Positions 47,594-49,964 of a stretch of 49,964 nt of DNA are shown here, piece by piece (the first letter of the stretch is position 1; every line of letters starts with the position of its first letter). Both the position numbers and the translations under genes were made by a program. Source of the stretch: Candidatus Hodarchaeota archaeon. GTDB lineage: Archaea > Asgardarchaeota > Lokiarchaeia > Sigyniarchaeales > SOKP01. The notes under the pieces are model-generated. The model saw nothing but the letters and a program-made list of their open reading frames with translations, had not been told where the DNA came from and made no database searches. The stretch is taken from positions 1 to 49,964 of the forward strand of contig JBHLJY010000016.1 in the NCBI GenBank assembly GCA_048887225.1, written 5' to 3'.

Positions 47594-48664
47594 TTGCTTA
47601 AAATGGCTAATCCCAGAAACGATGATTCATTGGAAACTAAATCATTGGAAGAAATTCTACAAGAAGAATTATGTGTAGTTTATGTTCTATATTTCGACGA
47701 AGCTAGTGGTCATGTTCCGCTCCTCATTTTTCCAATAGAAGAAAAACAACTAAAACAGAATAAACGCTTCATGCGTCCTATTAAATATCATCCTGTTTGG
47801 TTTCTTTCCGTTGAAGAACAGGAACCACTTGATCACATTGATCTTGAATTTAAAGGCTATACTTTTTTTGGCAAAAAATTTTTAACTAAATCTATGAGAA
47901 AAAAAAGACGGGCCGGCCTTGAGGAAGAGACTCCTGAAACGGTTGTTGTAATTGTATCTCTGTCAAATGATATAGCGATATATGGGGATCAACTAATACA
48001 TTTAATGACAGACGAAATTCGATCTAAATTCGATGATAAATTATTTAGAATTATAGAGTATGAAGTCGTTAAAGACCAAGTTATCAAAACCCCTAATGTA
48101 AAGAAAATAATTGAAGAGGGCATAAAAATAAAAGAAGATCTTAATAATTTGATACATAACATTACTGAAAATTATTTTTCCAAATCATTAAGGCAAACAG
48201 ATACAGTTTCAATAAAACAGCAAAAAGCTCTTTCATACCTGGCTTTAAAAGGGATTGATGTGTCATCTATAGGTGGTATACAAAAACGTGATACTTTTTC
48301 AAATATTAAATTATTTGAACCATCAAAAGAAACAACAAATGAATTAGCCCTAAAAGCATCTTTTATTTTTTCTAATGTTTCACTAATTGAAGATAGTCAA
48401 GAATTAGAAATTACAGTGCGAAATAATACAGGAAGAGAAGTAAAAGATGTTATTATAAACATTACCCATGTAAAAGAATTTTTTGAAAAAGAACTAATGG
48501 AGCAAGAAATTGATTTATGGTTTCCTGAGGAAGAATTATTATTTATTTCACCTATTATTCCTGGTATTAGCGAGTATCTTTTCTTCATCACGAAGAAAGA
48601 AAATAAAGAGAAATTACTTTCAAAAAAAATTGATTTAAAAGTATTTAATAAATCTAAAATTTAA
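47594..48664 (+). CDS. Hypothetical protein, uDENN/longin-like N-terminus plus C-terminal beta-domain (paralog 2)
   Basis: VYVLYFDEASGHVPLLIFP; tandem paralog of 46482 (MRPI, DHxDLE, SIKQQKALSYL). Confidence 0.7.
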   Translation: MLKMANPRNDDSLETKSLEEILQEELCVVYVLYFDEASGHVPLLIFPIEEKQLKQNKRFMRPIKYHPVWFLSVEEQEPLDHIDLEFKGYTFFGKKFLTKSMRKKRRAGLEEETPETVVVIVSLSNDIAIYGDQLIHLMTDEIRSKFDDKLFRIIEYEVVKDQVIKTPNVKKIIEEGIKIKEDLNNLIHNITENYFSKSLRQTDTVSIKQQKALSYLALKGIDVSSIGGIQKRDTFSNIKLFEPSKETTNELALKASFIFSNVSLIEDSQELEITVRNNTGREVKDVIINITHVKEFFEKELMEQEIDLWFPEEELLFISPIIPGISEYLFFITKKENKEKLLSKKIDLKVFNKSKI

Positions 48665-48682
48665 TAAATTTGGTAAAAAAAA

Positions 48683-49177
48683 ATGTCAAGCTCATTTGTT
48701 AATGAAGACGAAATTATTATCAGAAATTATAGAACATCTGACTATGAAGCAACCTTAGAAATATTACAACAACTTCATAATAAATTTGATATTGGTTTAA
48801 AAGAAAAGCAATGGAAGGAATCTTCTGGTTTACGACAGTTCAAACCAAATCTGAAACGTATAACGCTCATAGCTGAGTTGAAGTCTACTGGAGAAGTTGT
48901 AAGTATGGGGATGCTTGAAGCGGTAAAGAATAATTTAGGCCAATATATTGGTTATCTGGATAATTGGAGTACAAAAGAAGATTATATTGGTAAAGGTGTT
49001 GGTAAAATTCTGGCGGATAGAGCCATTCAAATACTAAAATCATGGGGCTGTACTTCAGTAAGAATTAATATGGGCTATAATGTAAGTGAAAAAGTAATCA
49101 ATGTGATTTGTAAAGGTCAAGGTTTTAAACCCATTCTTATTGTTTTAGAAAAAAGATTTGACGAAAATAACGAATAA
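48683..49177 (+). CDS. GNAT-family acetyltransferase
   Basis: IIRNY...D, DYIGKGVGKIL acetyl-CoA motif. Confidence 0.8.
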   Translation: MSSSFVNEDEIIIRNYRTSDYEATLEILQQLHNKFDIGLKEKQWKESSGLRQFKPNLKRITLIAELKSTGEVVSMGMLEAVKNNLGQYIGYLDNWSTKEDYIGKGVGKILADRAIQILKSWGCTSVRINMGYNVSEKVINVICKGQGFKPILIVLEKRFDENNE

Positions 49178-49355
49178 TAAATAAAATTCTTTTTTTTTGA
49201 ATTAAAGATTGCTTTTTATTTTTAAAGAGATTTATTCAATCGTAAAACTTTTTTACTGATAAAAATCAAAATAAATATTTTTAATCTTTAATTCTTCAAA
49301 ACTATAAAATTAAAATTATAAAAAAATAAAACAAAAAAATAGGTTGAATTTTGAT

Positions 49356-49964
49356 ATGATTGGCATAAAAGCTTATGGTTGTTATTTACCAAGGTATTTA
49401 TTGCCTCGTGAAACAGTTGCTAAAGCTTGGGATTTTCCATCTATGCCAGGTACTAAAGCTATGGCTAGTGTTGACGAAGACAGTATTACAATGGGAATAG
49501 AAGCCGGATTGGACTGTTTAAATGGGATAGACCCTAAAACAATTGATGGCCTTTTCTATGCAACAACAACTCAAGTTTATACTGAAAAAAATTCGGCATC
49601 GTTTATAGCAACTATTTTAGATTTTAAAGAAGATATTACAGCTATAGATTTCACAGATTCATTAAAAGCCGGGACTACAGCTATAATGAGAGCTGTAGAC
49701 ACAATAAAAGCTAATAATGACACTAAAAGTATTCTTGTTATTGCAGCTGATACTAGAGAACCAGAACCAGGGACATTTTGGGAATATGGATTATCTGATG
49801 GTGCAGCAGCCTTACTTATTGCTGAAGAAGATTCATTACCAATCTCGATTGAAGATTACTATTCAGTTTCAGCAAATGTAACGGGTCCTTGGAAAAGAAC
49901 TGGAGATAAATTTATAAGCACTTTCCAAGACAAAATGGATAATAAATTTTATTTTAAGAGTTTA
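49356..49964 (+). CDS. HMG-CoA-synthase/thiolase-like protein (3' partial)
   Basis: Manual translation MIGIKAYGCYLPRY...DEDSITMGIEA...EKNSAS...DFTDSLKAGT...DGAAALLI; the frame runs off the window. Confidence 0.85.
   Translation, partial: MIGIKAYGCYLPRYLLPRETVAKAWDFPSMPGTKAMASVDEDSITMGIEAGLDCLNGIDPKTIDGLFYATTTQVYTEKNSASFIATILDFKEDITAIDFTDSLKAGTTAIMRAVDTIKANNDTKSILVIAADTREPEPGTFWEYGLSDGAAALLIAEEDSLPISIEDYYSVSANVTGPWKRTGDKFISTFQDKMDNKFYFKSL

Noticed and set aside
2046-48591. Many short antisense or alternate-frame ORFs in the track (e.g. 2046, 6412, 15453, 25065, 31839, 41332, 44595)
   Set aside because: They lie within well-supported genes and have no motifs; they are shadow ORFs.
1-49964. 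tRNA or rRNA genes, including tRNA-Sec
   Set aside because: No GC-rich cloverleaf or rRNA-like segment seen by eye in the intergenic regions; a tRNAscan-SE/Infernal run would be needed to exclude them.

Overview
AT-rich archaeal window, most likely an Asgard archaeon of the Lokiarchaeia/Promethearchaeota type. This is inferred from archaeal uL16/L10e, a Rag/Arf-like small GTPase, longin-like, uDENN-like and arrestin-like proteins, HEAT-repeat proteins and a eukaryote-type SECIS. The ORF track misses the main signal. At 28602-31038 a two-gene selenoprotein operon encodes HdrA with 4 in-frame UGA codons and MvhD/VhuD with 2, all at conserved Cys positions. It is followed by one AUGA...AAA...GA SECIS hairpin whose AUGA core is the mvhD stop codon. 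This operon heads a 13-kb HdrA/MvhD/FrhB/HdrD cluster that also holds all-Cys paralogs and has no hydrogenase catalytic subunit. Three phased 31-bp repeats lie upstream of it. Other highlights: (1) an operon of a sulfoquinovosidase-like GH31, an F420-type LLM oxidoreductase and an enolase-superfamily dehydratase, a candidate archaeal F420-linked sulfosugar pathway; (2) a ~95-aa C-terminal beta-domain shared by an arrestin-like protein, an FrhB and two uDENN-like paralogs; (3) a B12 mutase with isobutyryl-CoA mutase specificity residues; (4) dnaK-dnaJ interrupted by an HNH-containing insert, with grpE divergent; (5) two uncalled small Zn-finger ORFs.
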